Below the pieces are notes generated by a model. That model saw only the letters and a program-made list of their open reading frames with translations, was not told the DNA's origin and did no database searches. Below are positions 35,701-45,833 of a stretch of DNA of 64,000 nt, piece by piece (positions within the stretch are counted from its first letter, which is position 1; every line of letters starts with the position of its first letter). Source of the stretch: Macrostomum lignano (Eukaryota); the NCBI GenBank assembly GCA_002269645.1, contig NIVC01000591.1:685960-749959 (forward strand), in the 5' to 3' direction. The position numbers were made by a program, and so were the translations under genes.

Positions 35701-38700
35701 CCATTTCGCATCGTTGGCGAATTCCTCAAAGATGCGCAGCCACTTTCTCACGTCAGTGCCGTCTGTTCCACTGAACTTTGGCGGTAGCAGGGTGTTCTGG
35801 GCCATGAGTGCACTTGCACTGGGTTCTCGCTGCCACCAATGTAAGAGCCGAGAATTTAGAGTAAGTTTACGAAGTATATTTTGATGCAAGATAATTTACG
35901 AGCGATTAAATAGTCAGCGATGATAGATCGATTAAAGTGACTCACCCAACTGGGGAGGCGGGCATGCACAGAGAAGAAAGCGAGATGCAAGTACATATAC
36001 TAATAGAGCAGCCCCCACCCCGACGGCCCAAACCAAACGCAACCGTTCAATTGTATATTGTTTAAGATTCTAGTTGGTGAATATTGCAGATTGTGAAGAT
36101 TCTAGTTGGTGAATATTGCAGATTGTGAAGATTCTAGTTGGTGAATATTGCAGATTGTGAAGATTCTAGTTGGTGAATATTGTAGATTGTGAAGATTCTA
36201 GTTGGTGAATATTGCAGATTGTGAAGATTCTAGTTGGTGAATATTGCAGATTGTGAAGATTCTAGTTGGTGAATATTGTAGATTGTGAAGATTCTAGTTG
36301 GTGAATATTGTAGATTGTGAATATTCTAGTTGGTGAATATTGTAGATTGTGAATATTCAAGTTGGTGAAGATACTAGTTAGTGAATATTGTATTTGGTGA
36401 TGATTTTAGTTTGTGAAGATTCTATTTGGTGAATATTGCAGATTGTGAATATTCAAGTTGGTGAAGATTGTACTTGGTGATGATTTTAGTTTGTGAAGAT
36501 TCTAGTTGGTGAATATTGTAGATTGATAAGACTCTAGTTGGTGAATATTGCAGATTGTGAATATTCAAGTTGGTGAAGGTACTAGTTGGTGAAGATTGCA
36601 CTTGGTGATGATTTTAGTTTGTGAAGATTCTATTTGGTGAATATTGCAGATTGTGAATATTCAAGTTGGTGAAGATTGTACTTGGTGATGATTTTAGTTT
36701 GTGAAGATTCTAGTTGGTGAATATTGTAGATTGATAAGACTCTAGTTGGTGAATATTTCAGATGGTGAATATTCAAGTTGGTGAAGATTCCAGTTGGTGA
36801 AGATTCCAGTTGGTGAAAATTCTAGTTGGTGAAGATTCTAAATTGCGACATATTTGTTTAAATATGGTTCCCAGAGCATCGTTTCTAAGTTCCAGACTCG
36901 TGAACATTAAACAGATCTACGTGTATTTACTTAACAAGAATAGGGATGGTCAATGCCCTATATCCCGGGATAAATTCTGTAAACCACAAAGTTCAGACTA
37001 TATAAAGTCACACCAGCTATTGCCCAACAGCAACTCACAGGTAAGACACCAAAGACCACACAGCATGTTCTGTGACATGCTCCTCTGGATCCAGCAGCAA
37101 CTCTTCATCCGATTCATCAATCGAAGCCGACACTTTACTGCACCGTTTAATAAGACGTCGCTTCCGTCGCTTAAGCCGCAATCTCGAATCGGCGTCCTTG
37201 ACAACCGGGTCGCCTTCATTGAAACCGGGCAGCCTCCACAGCAGCACCTTGGCATCGTCGCCAGCCGACACCAGAAACCTGCCCGGCTGCTCTGTACCCG
37301 ACGCGAATGCCACCGCGTGCGGACAGCCGGAGTGGCCGCGCAAACGCCAGCCGGCGAATGTCGACAATGACGACGATGTCGAATCCAGCTGACATTGGTG
37401 CACACGGATGGAGCAATCATCGTAGCCGGAAGCGACCAGCAGGTGCTGCTGAAGGACAGCCGAGGAGCAGCAGGTCAGACCAGCGCCAGCCATGTGCTGC
37501 AGGCTGGCTCTCCAGACGGTTGGCAGAACCGCTGAGCTTGTGGTTGTCGACGACAACGTTGATGTCGAATTGTTGGAAGCTGACGCGGATGCTGAGACGG
37601 ATGATGCAGCTGCTAGCAAGTTTGCCAAGTCGGGCAAATCGCGGAGCTCAGCGTCGATTCGTCGAGCTTTGGCCGTCGCTGCTGATGCCGCCGCTGCCGC
37701 GGCTGCTGTCGATGTCGCATTCGACGATATGGCCGCAGACGGCACTGGAGGAGCAGTGGCGGAGCTGTGCTCAAGTTTGACATCAGTAGGCCGAACCAAT
37801 CGGAAGGCTCGCCAGGCCAATTCCAGCGATTCAGCCGCTTCGAATGCCCGACTCAGTTCGGCTTCCTCATCGGGAGTCACCCCGATTGGCGCTACGGCCG
37901 AGGCCGGAGGCTGGCACAGCTGATGAAGCTCCGTGCGGCCGCAGGTTCGAACCCATTCGCGTAGGGCGCCAAGCTGGCGGGCGGCGTGATGCTGAAGAGG
38001 CTGGCGGTTTACCGTGGCCAGGTGAGACTCCAGGAATGCTGTGGCTGTACGATGCAGCGGTGAGAAATAAAATAGCACTTTGATTGATACTTACAGTAGG
38101 AGATTGAGTTTTTATTCTAACTTGTAGCTATTAATCAGATGGAATTTTTATTTAGATGGGATCTTTTGAGTTCAGATGGGATCCTTTGAGTTCAGATGGG
38201 ATCCTTTGAGTTCAGATGGGATCCTTTGAGTTCAGATGGGATGTTTTGAGTTCAGATGGGATCCTTTGAGTTCAGATGGGATATTTGAGTTTAGATGGGA
38301 TCCTTTGAGTTCAGATGGGATCAGTTGAGTTTAGATGGGATCCTTTGAGTTCAGATGGGATCATTTGAGTTTAGATGGGATCCTTTGAGTTCAGATGGGA
38401 TCATTTGAGTTTAGATGGGATCCTTTGAGTTCAGATGGGATCTTTTGAGTTTAGATGGGATGTTTTGAGTTCAGATGGGATGTTTTGGGTTCAGATGGGA
38501 TCATTTGAGTTTAGATGGGATCCTTTGAGTTCAGATGGGATTCCTTTGAGTTTAGATCGTATCTTTGGAGTTCAGATGGGATGTTTGAAGTTCAGATGGG
38601 ATGTTTTAAGTTCAGATGGGATCCTTTGAGTTCAGATGGGATGTTTTAAGTTCGATGGGATCCTTTGAGTTTAGATCGGATCTTTGGAGTTCAGATGGGA

Positions 38701-39563
38701 TGTTTTGAGTTCAGATGGGATCTTATTGAGTTCAAATGTAATTTTTTTAGAGCTCAAATGGGATCTTTTGAGAGTTCAAATGTGATCTTTTGAGAGTTCA
38801 AATGGGATCTTTTGAGAGTTCAAATGGGATCTTTTGAGTTCAGATGGAATTTTCTAGGGGTTTCAGATGAGGCTTTATGCACTATCTGATATCTATGGTG
38901 CCTATTTAGGTAATTAAAAGTACATCGTTAATAAATAGTCACCTGCAGTCAAATCGCTATTATGCAACTCGTAATAAGCGTGCAGAAACAGCGGGTAGGC
39001 CACGTCCCACAGCTTGGCGGGATTTGAAAAATGCTGGGTCAGAGCCGAGTAAAGTCTGCAACAGGCAAGAGGCTCAAACTATGATTTCTATGAGTTGAAG
39101 CATATTTTACCTGAAAATAAATTTCACATCCGTCAAAATCTTTCACAAGCTTGAAAGGTCAGGCATGTACACTCTCTGTGCCTTGGGGGTTCCTCGGCGT
39201 GCCACACACAAGCTCCAGGCACTCACCGCTGGTACTCCATGGCCAGCTCCAGTGGGCTGAGCTGCTCAGCTCGCAGCACCTGTTGCACAGTGCCAGCAGA
39301 CCGATAGGAAGCGGCAAGCGCAGCCGCTGCCAAAGCCGCAGCCGAGTGACTGACGGGGACTCCGCCTGCCGCAGCCTGCTGCTGACTGACATCTCCAGAA
39401 GTTGCGCCACTGGCATTCGGCTGCCGATTTCTGCCAGAAGAGCCCGACAATCGATTGCGCGATTTCGCCGCCTTGTTGGCGACCGGGGCGCCGGCGCTGG
39501 CGCCAGCGAAAGCGCCTTCGTGAGACACCCTGTTGCCGCTTGTCCAATCAAGCAGTGCAGCAA
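29702..39563 (-). CDS. TAF5L: TAF5L/TAF5-like WD40 protein; exons (start uncertain, first in-frame ATG 39416)-39227, 38044-37039, 31413-30848, 30132-29702
   Basis: WD repeats LRGHSGCPHAVAF..LVSAGDDAKVLLW, SYL|GHDSPVWCC..FATGGQDRTAVLWCTDRQTPLRQFIGHVTDVDLVGFHPSG..TAGLDSTVRLWD, LAVAGEDRHVRVFDLAAG match the recalled TAF5/TAF5L propeller. Intron phases 1, 2, 1 are consistent. TAF5 versus TAF5L is not certain. Confidence 0.78.
30195..30830. repeat. 22-24-bp minisatellite ATGGATTATCAGATAATGACAC(AC) filling TAF5L intron 3
   Basis: Direct reading. Confidence 0.95.
31445..32103. repeat. 32-bp satellite GAATATTGTAGATTGTTAAGATTCTAGTTGGT, left part
   Basis: Direct reading. Confidence 0.97.
32423..34884 (-). 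pseudogene. pol: Truncated pol of element 2: RT C-terminal part (1-nt deletion at ~34553), RNase H, integrase
   Basis: AGCSWFSTIDM..FGMCNAPATYQR..AYIDDL, SCDSS..YSTTDRELLA, H-X6-H..C-X2-C, QLDIKGP..HSDQGRQF..GNVERFN, WSGPFIV, RRSGRQRRRP. Confidence 0.9.
34984..35805 (-). CDS. gag: Gag of element 2 (273 aa, two CCHC knuckles)
   Basis: PPKFSGTDG..WLRIFEE, CFNCGQLGHRAAQC and CHKCSGRGHKASVC; ends G_GGA_AAC TTT TAA. Confidence 0.92.
   Translation of the reverse strand: MAQNTLLPPKFSGTDGTDVRKWLRIFEEFANDAKWDDATSASKVKLLLTGEAQLVVWDLAETRQKSFKSIKEDLTKFYGGEADSFKAMSDFYARKRGDAETLRELCFNLKLLHQKARPEDSIAQRDRDVRFKLLQLLKADIRDNLLKAEDAETCSLETLLQRAARLEELAGRQSVATVGAVSATSSAEPSEDRLDRLEKRMEELIARVSVQSGTDTRRRRQQRGGGCFNCGQLGHRAAQCQQREKQPGPIICHKCSGRGHKASVCPSKAPGNF
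36050..36840. repeat. 32-bp satellite, right part, degenerating
   Basis: Same unit resumes after the TSD. Confidence 0.95.
38150..38860. repeat. 20-bp minisatellite GATCCTTTGAGTTCAGATGG in TAF5L intron 1
   Basis: Direct reading. Confidence 0.95.
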
Positions 39564-40669
39564 CTGGCCAAGAGGCGGCTGATGAAGACTGAAGGAGTCT
39601 GGGAATAGTATAACTAGTGATTAGGTCACAATGCCAAATGATGATGCACCTCTAATTAAATGAGTAAATAAGTAGAAGAAATAAAACACTTCTCAAATAA
39701 GAACTAATTGCACAGTTAGAGCTAAGATTATATTTAGATATATTTTAATTAAACACTGCCAACAATATAAGGTATACGCCGTGTACTAAAAGCAATAAAA
39801 TTAATTAACACATACGTATTTTTATTGATAATTTATTACAAAGGAACGCGACAGCAGAAAAGTACACAATAAAAGATTAGGCATTTATAGTTTTTACAAA
39901 CTAATTAATTGTATACTGCTACAGTAGTAACGATAGAAAAAACGCATTTTGATACACTTACTATACTACTTATATTACGCAATAATATTTGCACGAATAC
40001 GAGACACGATTTGAGACAGGGGAGTTATCATGGTCCCTAGGAACATGACGGCTCTGCACCAGACCAAAGGTGTTTATTAAAGAGATTCTCGAGAACCACG
40101 CAAAATCGTCATCTGATTACAATGAGGAACTCAATGCAAACAACTTTTTTTAGAAATTAAATACATAACCAGATGGTAAACAAAGCAAACGTTTTACAAG
40201 GTAAAAAATTTACAGGCATATATAACTTATTAAAGTTGAAACGACACCAACTCCAGTGCAACAGCAAAGCAACCAGAACAAAACAAGAATCCAGTAAAAG
40301 AGAAAGGGTCTACAATAAATAAAAAATGTACACAATGTACTTTAAAAATCGTAAAACGTATGTACTACTCGTAAGCATACTCAAGCGTATTAAAAACGTC
40401 AATTCAATTTGCTGAAAATCGTTATCGTAAAGTATTTAGGAGCTAATAAAAATTTAATAAAACGATTCATAATGACAAAGAAAAGACACCAAAAGCTGCA
40501 TTGCAGATTTTTTAATTTGAACAAATTTGAACTGCAAAGTTAGAAGTAATAAAATCTATTGTATGCGAGCTTTACTATTATTCATTAACCAGTGCACCTG
40601 ATATGCCTGTACTGCAGTTTTTTGTGATTAGCAATCCATTACAGCATTGGGATTTAGGGAAGCGATTAT

Positions 40670-41225
40670 CGGAATAGATTAGGGGAACGGATTAGAGATC
40701 TTGATTAGGGGAACGGATTAGAGATCTTGATTAGGGGAACGGATTAGAGACCTGGATTACGGATTGGATTCGAGATCTGGATTAGGGGATTGGATTAGAG
40801 ATCAGGATTAGGAGATTAGATTAGATAACTAGATTAGGGATTGGATTTGAGATCTAGATTAGGAGATTAGATTAGAGATCTAGATTAGGAGATTAGATTA
40901 GAGATCTAGATTGAGGGATTGGATTAGAGATCTAGATTGAGGGATTGGATTAGAGATCTAGATTAGATTAGATTAGAGATCTAGACTAGGGGATTCGATT
41001 AGAGATCTAGATTGAGGGATTGGATTAGAGATCAAGATTGAGGTATTGGATTAGAGATCTAGATTAGATTAGATTAGAGATCTAGACTAGGGGATTCGAT
41101 TAGAGATCTAGACTAGGGGATTCGATTAGAGATCTAGATTAGATTAGATTAGAGATCTAGACTAGGGGATTTGATTAGAGATCTAGATTAGGGGAACAGA
41201 TTAGAGATCTAGCTTAGGGGTAGGG
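40670..41225. repeat. ~20-26-bp minisatellite with core GATTAGAGATCTAGA
   Basis: Direct reading. Confidence 0.9.
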
Positions 41226-41424
41226 TTAGAAGGAATAAACACAACCTAAAATGTAGATCAACTAAAGCATTACAGGAAAGATTAGTAATGAAGTGTAGAA
41301 CTGCATTAATATTCAGTGGCAAACGGCGAATAATTGGTTTATGTTTTGGTACATAATCCTCTCATACAAAAATACAAATACAAGACGCTAAATAATTATT
41401 CGATCAATCAATTTGATTGATAAG

Positions 41425-42840
41425 TTAATCGTAATATTCTTCAATAGGCTCTGATTTGGTTGGGGCAACAGCGAGGGCGCCAGAGCCGGATGATGAGGCG
41501 GCAGAGGTGCCCACAGACACCTGCGGATGCAGCACAATCTGGAGCGTGAGCTTCGGCATCTGGCTTTGCTCTTGCTGCTGCTGGGCTGCCGGCTTAGGCA
41601 AAAGCTTCGGTGGCTGTCGGGATCGCTGCTGAGAGGTGGCCGCCTCCTCCTCAGCGGCAGCGGCGGGGCGTTTCAGAGCCGGCTCTTGGGCGGCAGACCG
41701 GACACTCGAGATCGACAGCTTGGAGTTGCGACGCTTGTTGCTGCCGCTGTTGGCCGCAGATGCTGGGCCAGTTCCGCTAGCAGCGACGGCGGCAGCTGCA
41801 GCAGCGCGCACGTGTGTCAGCTGATGCGAAGTCAGACGGCAAGGCCTGGTGAAGGTTTTGCCGCAGGTTGGGCACTGGTGCGGACTGTCGCGGGAATTGT
41901 GCGTGAACATGTGCGTCTTGAGAGTGCTGGACTGGGTGAAGGTGCGGCCGCACTCCCGACAGGTGTAAGGCCGTTCGCCAAGGTGTATCAGCATGTGCTG
42001 CTTCAGGTAACTGGCCTGAGAATGGATGAACAATGATGGGATAAGAGTTTGACAGCTCTGTATTAGAATGAAAACGGTGAAAACGGTACCTAGGGTCAAG
42101 AAGCGTCCTAGAGACTCTTTTTCGTCTATCATGACACAAAAGCCTTAATTTTGTAGGGTGCCCGACACTAACCCAAAACACTTACCGTAATCTAACAAAA
42201 ACCCGAACTTGGTCAACTTAATTTGTGGTGGCTTCTTAACTTGAAATTTCCTGGCCTTTTGAATGATTTTCAATGCACATTCTCAAATTAACATTTTAAT
42301 CCATACTTTTCAGCAGTGAAAGGGAGCTAAAATTCAAAACTTGTGCTGTTTGCTGTGAGAATTTAAACTTGGCAGATAAGAAGCTACTGCCACCTACAGC
42401 CCCAGACGTTTCTCTTGCGACTTTTACAGATGCTTATATTACAGGTGAATTTTACCGAATTACGGTCGAATTATAATTCCAAAAATCGCAACAACAGACC
42501 TGGGAGAACATCTTCCTACAGACGCCGCACTCCAAGTTTCTCTGATCCGAATGGCCAAGCATGTGTCGCAGCAGTGAGGCCCGAGACCCAAATGGTTTTG
42601 AGCAAACCAGACACAGCTGCCGACTATTGCCGCTGGCTAACGCAGCCTCCACCTCTCGCTCTTCATCATAATCGTCATCGTCATCATCATAGTCGTCGTC
42701 TTCTTCGACTTCAGCCTCCGCTCGACGGGCGGCAGCTGCGGCCACGGCGGCAACCGCTTGGCACTCGCTGCCGAGCACGTGCTGCTCAAGTTTGTTGGGA
42801 TCACTGAATGATGAACCGCAGGCTTCGCAGCGATACAAAA

Positions 42841-42932
<92 letters not shown>

Positions 42933-43159
42933 GCAAGATTATTGCCTCCATCGCACAGCATCTCAACAGAGCAGTCCAACAGTTCAGACTTGAACGCAGT
43001 TGAAGCTCCAGCAGTGAGACCGCGCCCAGGCTTAGCTGACAGAGCACTGGCTTCCTCTAGAGACTTTTTCTCCTGTTTGATCCTGGCCGACAGCTCTGCG
43101 CCCAGCTTTTGCTCACTGGTGCGATTCTGTTTGCTGATTAAACTGAGCGATTCAGCCAT
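41425..43159 (-). CDS. C2H2 zinc-finger transcription factor (~416 aa); exons 43159-42500 and 42015-41425
   Basis: One C2HC-type finger (CEAC..H..SEC) and four C2H2 fingers. The third finger is split by a phase-0 intron (CGVCRKMFSQ|ASYLKQHMLIH), with an HLGERPY linker. Confidence 0.9.
42842..42931 (-). repeat. (CAG)30 uninterrupted coding polyglutamine tract
   Basis: Counted from the sequence. Confidence 0.95.
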
Positions 43160-43379
43160 GCCAAATAGAAGTTAGAAAAACACCTATTTGAGTTTTTGCT
43201 TCTCCAACCTAATTTAGTAATTTAGTAAGTAAAACCACTAGGCTGCGGTTTTTTGCTGGCATGCAAGGTTTTGAAATGAGATAAGTTAAGCATTCAGAGC
43301 AAATGGTTAAATGGTAAACTGGAATCAGCCTAGCTAAGTACTAAATAATGTAAAATCACAAATGGTAAAATTAATAATA

Positions 43380-43654
43380 TGAGGGCTGTCCATAAAGTAG
43401 TGTTACTTATCACTATATCTCTTGTTCTGCTGATCCAAATAACATCATTTTGCACACATTTATAGTGGCAACTCTCTTCTTTATGTTAACTTTCACATCA
43501 TTAAAAACAGACATTGGAAATAAAAGTTATAAACTAAATGTGTAGCAGGACCTCATAAAGGACCTCATAATAACATCATAACAAAATGATGTTATTTGGA
43601 TCAGCAGAACAAGAGATATAGTGAAAAGTAACACTACTTTTTGGACAGCCCTTG
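43380..43654. mobile_element. Tc1/mariner-type MITE, 275 bp, 73-bp TIRs, TA TSD
   Basis: 43380-43452 matches the reverse complement of 43582-43654 with 4 mismatches. TA is present at 43378-43379 and 43655-43656. Confidence 0.9.
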
Positions 43655-44737
43655 TATCATTGTCTAGCAAAATATCACTGAAACATGGGGAAATAATTAC
43701 AAGTGTATAGAAACCTATACAAGTAAAATGCTTGGCCAACCCAAGCTGATCCACCTATATGAAAAGGTTGCTCATTAGGTAAAATTTCAAAACTTTGCAA
43801 AAGGTGATACTGTTAGTTTGGAGTTCAAAATTGGATCTATTTTTCTTCAAAACATTAAATTTAACTGAACTATTAAACATAATTTAAACAAAGATTTAGA
43901 AGTTTAGAGATTTAGAGGTTTGGAGATTTTAGTATATGGATTTGTCTATAGAAATATGCTGTTGTATTTTTAAAACTAAAAAAATTATATTTTATATAAA
44001 AATTCTATTGCAATATAGATAAATATGTATTAAAGTTAATTTTACAGTCTACACTAAAAATTTTCAATGGCATTACTATTATAGAATATACCAGAATACT
44101 TAATCAAACTTTTTGCATAAAAACCAAAAAATATACTCACAACATGCTACTGTTATGATGAAGCAATTTGTGAATAGGGTTTAAATGCATTTCTATAGAC
44201 ATTTCCAAATGTTAGTTTAAATTTTCTATAATAAGACATATTACATCATAGTTACCAATAAGGACAAAAACTTCCTTGTTCTAAAATGCTAGCCTGCCAA
44301 GTTTAATTAGGCACCCACCATCTTAGATTTCTTCTATGGCTTCAATATCTAATATATATATTAGATATATATTAGGTACTTGTATAACCACAAAAGGTAT
44401 AGAATACAACATTATCATGGTGGCAGCCACAATTATCCAAAGAGTAATGAGTTGAAGAAATACAAGTATGAGAGTATAGGAAGTTGGAAGTAATTATTTG
44501 GAAGTAAATAGGCTACCAATTATATACTGATTGTTTGTCTGTCTATCTATCTATCTTTTATTTTTTGAGAATCATTTAGCTAATTTATTTTTCAAATTTG
44601 CTTTAAAAATTGCATTTTTTGCAATCATACAAAAATTTGTTGATGAAAACTTTGAATTAAAATTGGTAAAATATAAAAAAACTATGTTTTTAGTGCTTTA
44701 AATAGGTGCTCAATTTTATTTTTCAATTTAACCATTG

Positions 44738-45350
44738 AGAGGGTCAGTCAAAAAGTAATGATAATTTGTTTTAATGCCTAAAATATCATAGTTATCAAAC
44801 TGCAACTGGTTTCATTAGAAAAAAAATCTTTTGATCTTTATTTGACAGAGTTTTGGTTCTTCTAAAGTGATTGATGTCTGCATGGTGACGCTCTAATCAC
44901 AGTACACATTTTTTGGCCCTTTTTTTCCTTTTTGGCAAAGGAAAATTAAAAAAATCGAAGCTTGCACTAATGTGAAGTTTCTTGCCTAACTTGGTTAGAA
45001 GCCAGCCAAAATCATTGAGGCTTTGAAGAAGGTCTATGGGGACACTGCTCCACCAAATCTGACCATTTACTGCTGGATTCAGGCTTTTAAGGAAGGCCGA
45101 GAGTCCATGGAAGATGCCCAGTGGTTGGGAAGGCCTACAGCATTGCGCACAGAGGAAAAGGTGGCAGCTGTGTAGCAGGTACTTGAGCAGGATCGGTGCA
45201 TGACCATAGACGATATTGCTGACCAAGTGGCCATCTCTCATGGCAGTGCTCACTCCATTGTGATGGACTGTCTTGGTCTAAGCAAGCTGAGTGCCCACTG
45301 GGTCCCGCGGCTGTTGCGGCCTGAACACCGGGTTCAGCACACTGAGTGTG
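44738..45350 (+). pseudogene. Decayed mariner transposon 5' fragment (TIR-like end plus N-terminal transposase)
   Basis: GAGGGTCAGTCAAAAAGTAATG terminus, then KIE..NVKFLA*LG*KPAKIIEALKKVYGDTAP..IYCWIQAFKEGRESMED..GRP..DRCMTIDDIADQVAISHGSAHSIV..LGLSKLSAHWVPRLL (HTH domains and WVP linker) with 3 stops. Confidence 0.9.
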
Positions 45351-45374
45351 CCTCATAGCAAGCCACTAGTTTAT

Positions 45375-45833
45375 TGTTAGGCGTTGCTCTTTGTCAGCCG
45401 TCGCCCTTGCTCTTGCCCCCTCTTTGGGTTGCTGTCTGCCACTGGTCAGCTTCCTGCTTTTAGCTTCCAGGGTGTTTCCTGGCTATAAATAGGACCCCTC
45501 TCCCCCTTGTTTCCATTAAGGAGTCTTTGCTTGAGTCTGTTGTTCCTTGAGTTCTAAGTTCCTAAGCTCCCAAGACTGAGTGTCAGCCTGTCTGTGTGCG
45601 TTCAGTTCTCTTCTATTGGTTTGTCTGAGACCCTACTAAAGCAAACCCCAAGCCTACGAGAGGGTAACTCAGCCTTCCCTATACCAACTAAGCCCGGCAG
45701 GTGTTGCTGATGAGACGCATTGTACGTTGAACTGCAAATCTGCACATTGTGCTGAGTTCATTGACTTGTTTATTTTGTTCTGACAGGAAGCTCACCTCAT
45801 CACAGGCCGAGACCTGAATGAACTGGTGGCAGC
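45375..45833 (+). mobile_element. Possible old LTR relic followed by a tRNA-Leu-type PBS
   Basis: Starts TGTTAGG, has CTATAAATAGG at 45483 and TGGTGGCAGC at 45824-45833. No partner LTR or TSD found. Confidence 0.35.

Larger units (their letters stand above)
32104..36049 (-). mobile_element. Ty3/Gypsy LTR retrotransposon, internally deleted (no protease or RT N-terminus), 3946 bp
   Basis: 210-bp LTRs (32104-32313, 35840-36049) differ at one site (T32231 vs C35967); 4-bp TSD ATTG. PBS TGGTGGCAGCG (tRNA-Leu-type 3' end) follows the 5' LTR; PPT GGGGGAGAG precedes the 3' LTR. Confidence 0.96.

Noticed and set aside
39223-39528. ORF MSHEGAFAG.. as TAF5L exon 1
   Set aside because: It ends in phase 2 at donor 39226, whereas the next acceptor needs phase 1. 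The overlapping 39563 frame fits.
45700-45760. Hammerhead ribozyme (CTGATGA-GACG..CGTT-GAAC); also GATGAAG..GAAA near 28255
   Set aside because: Stems I and III cannot be formed and the conserved core is incomplete.
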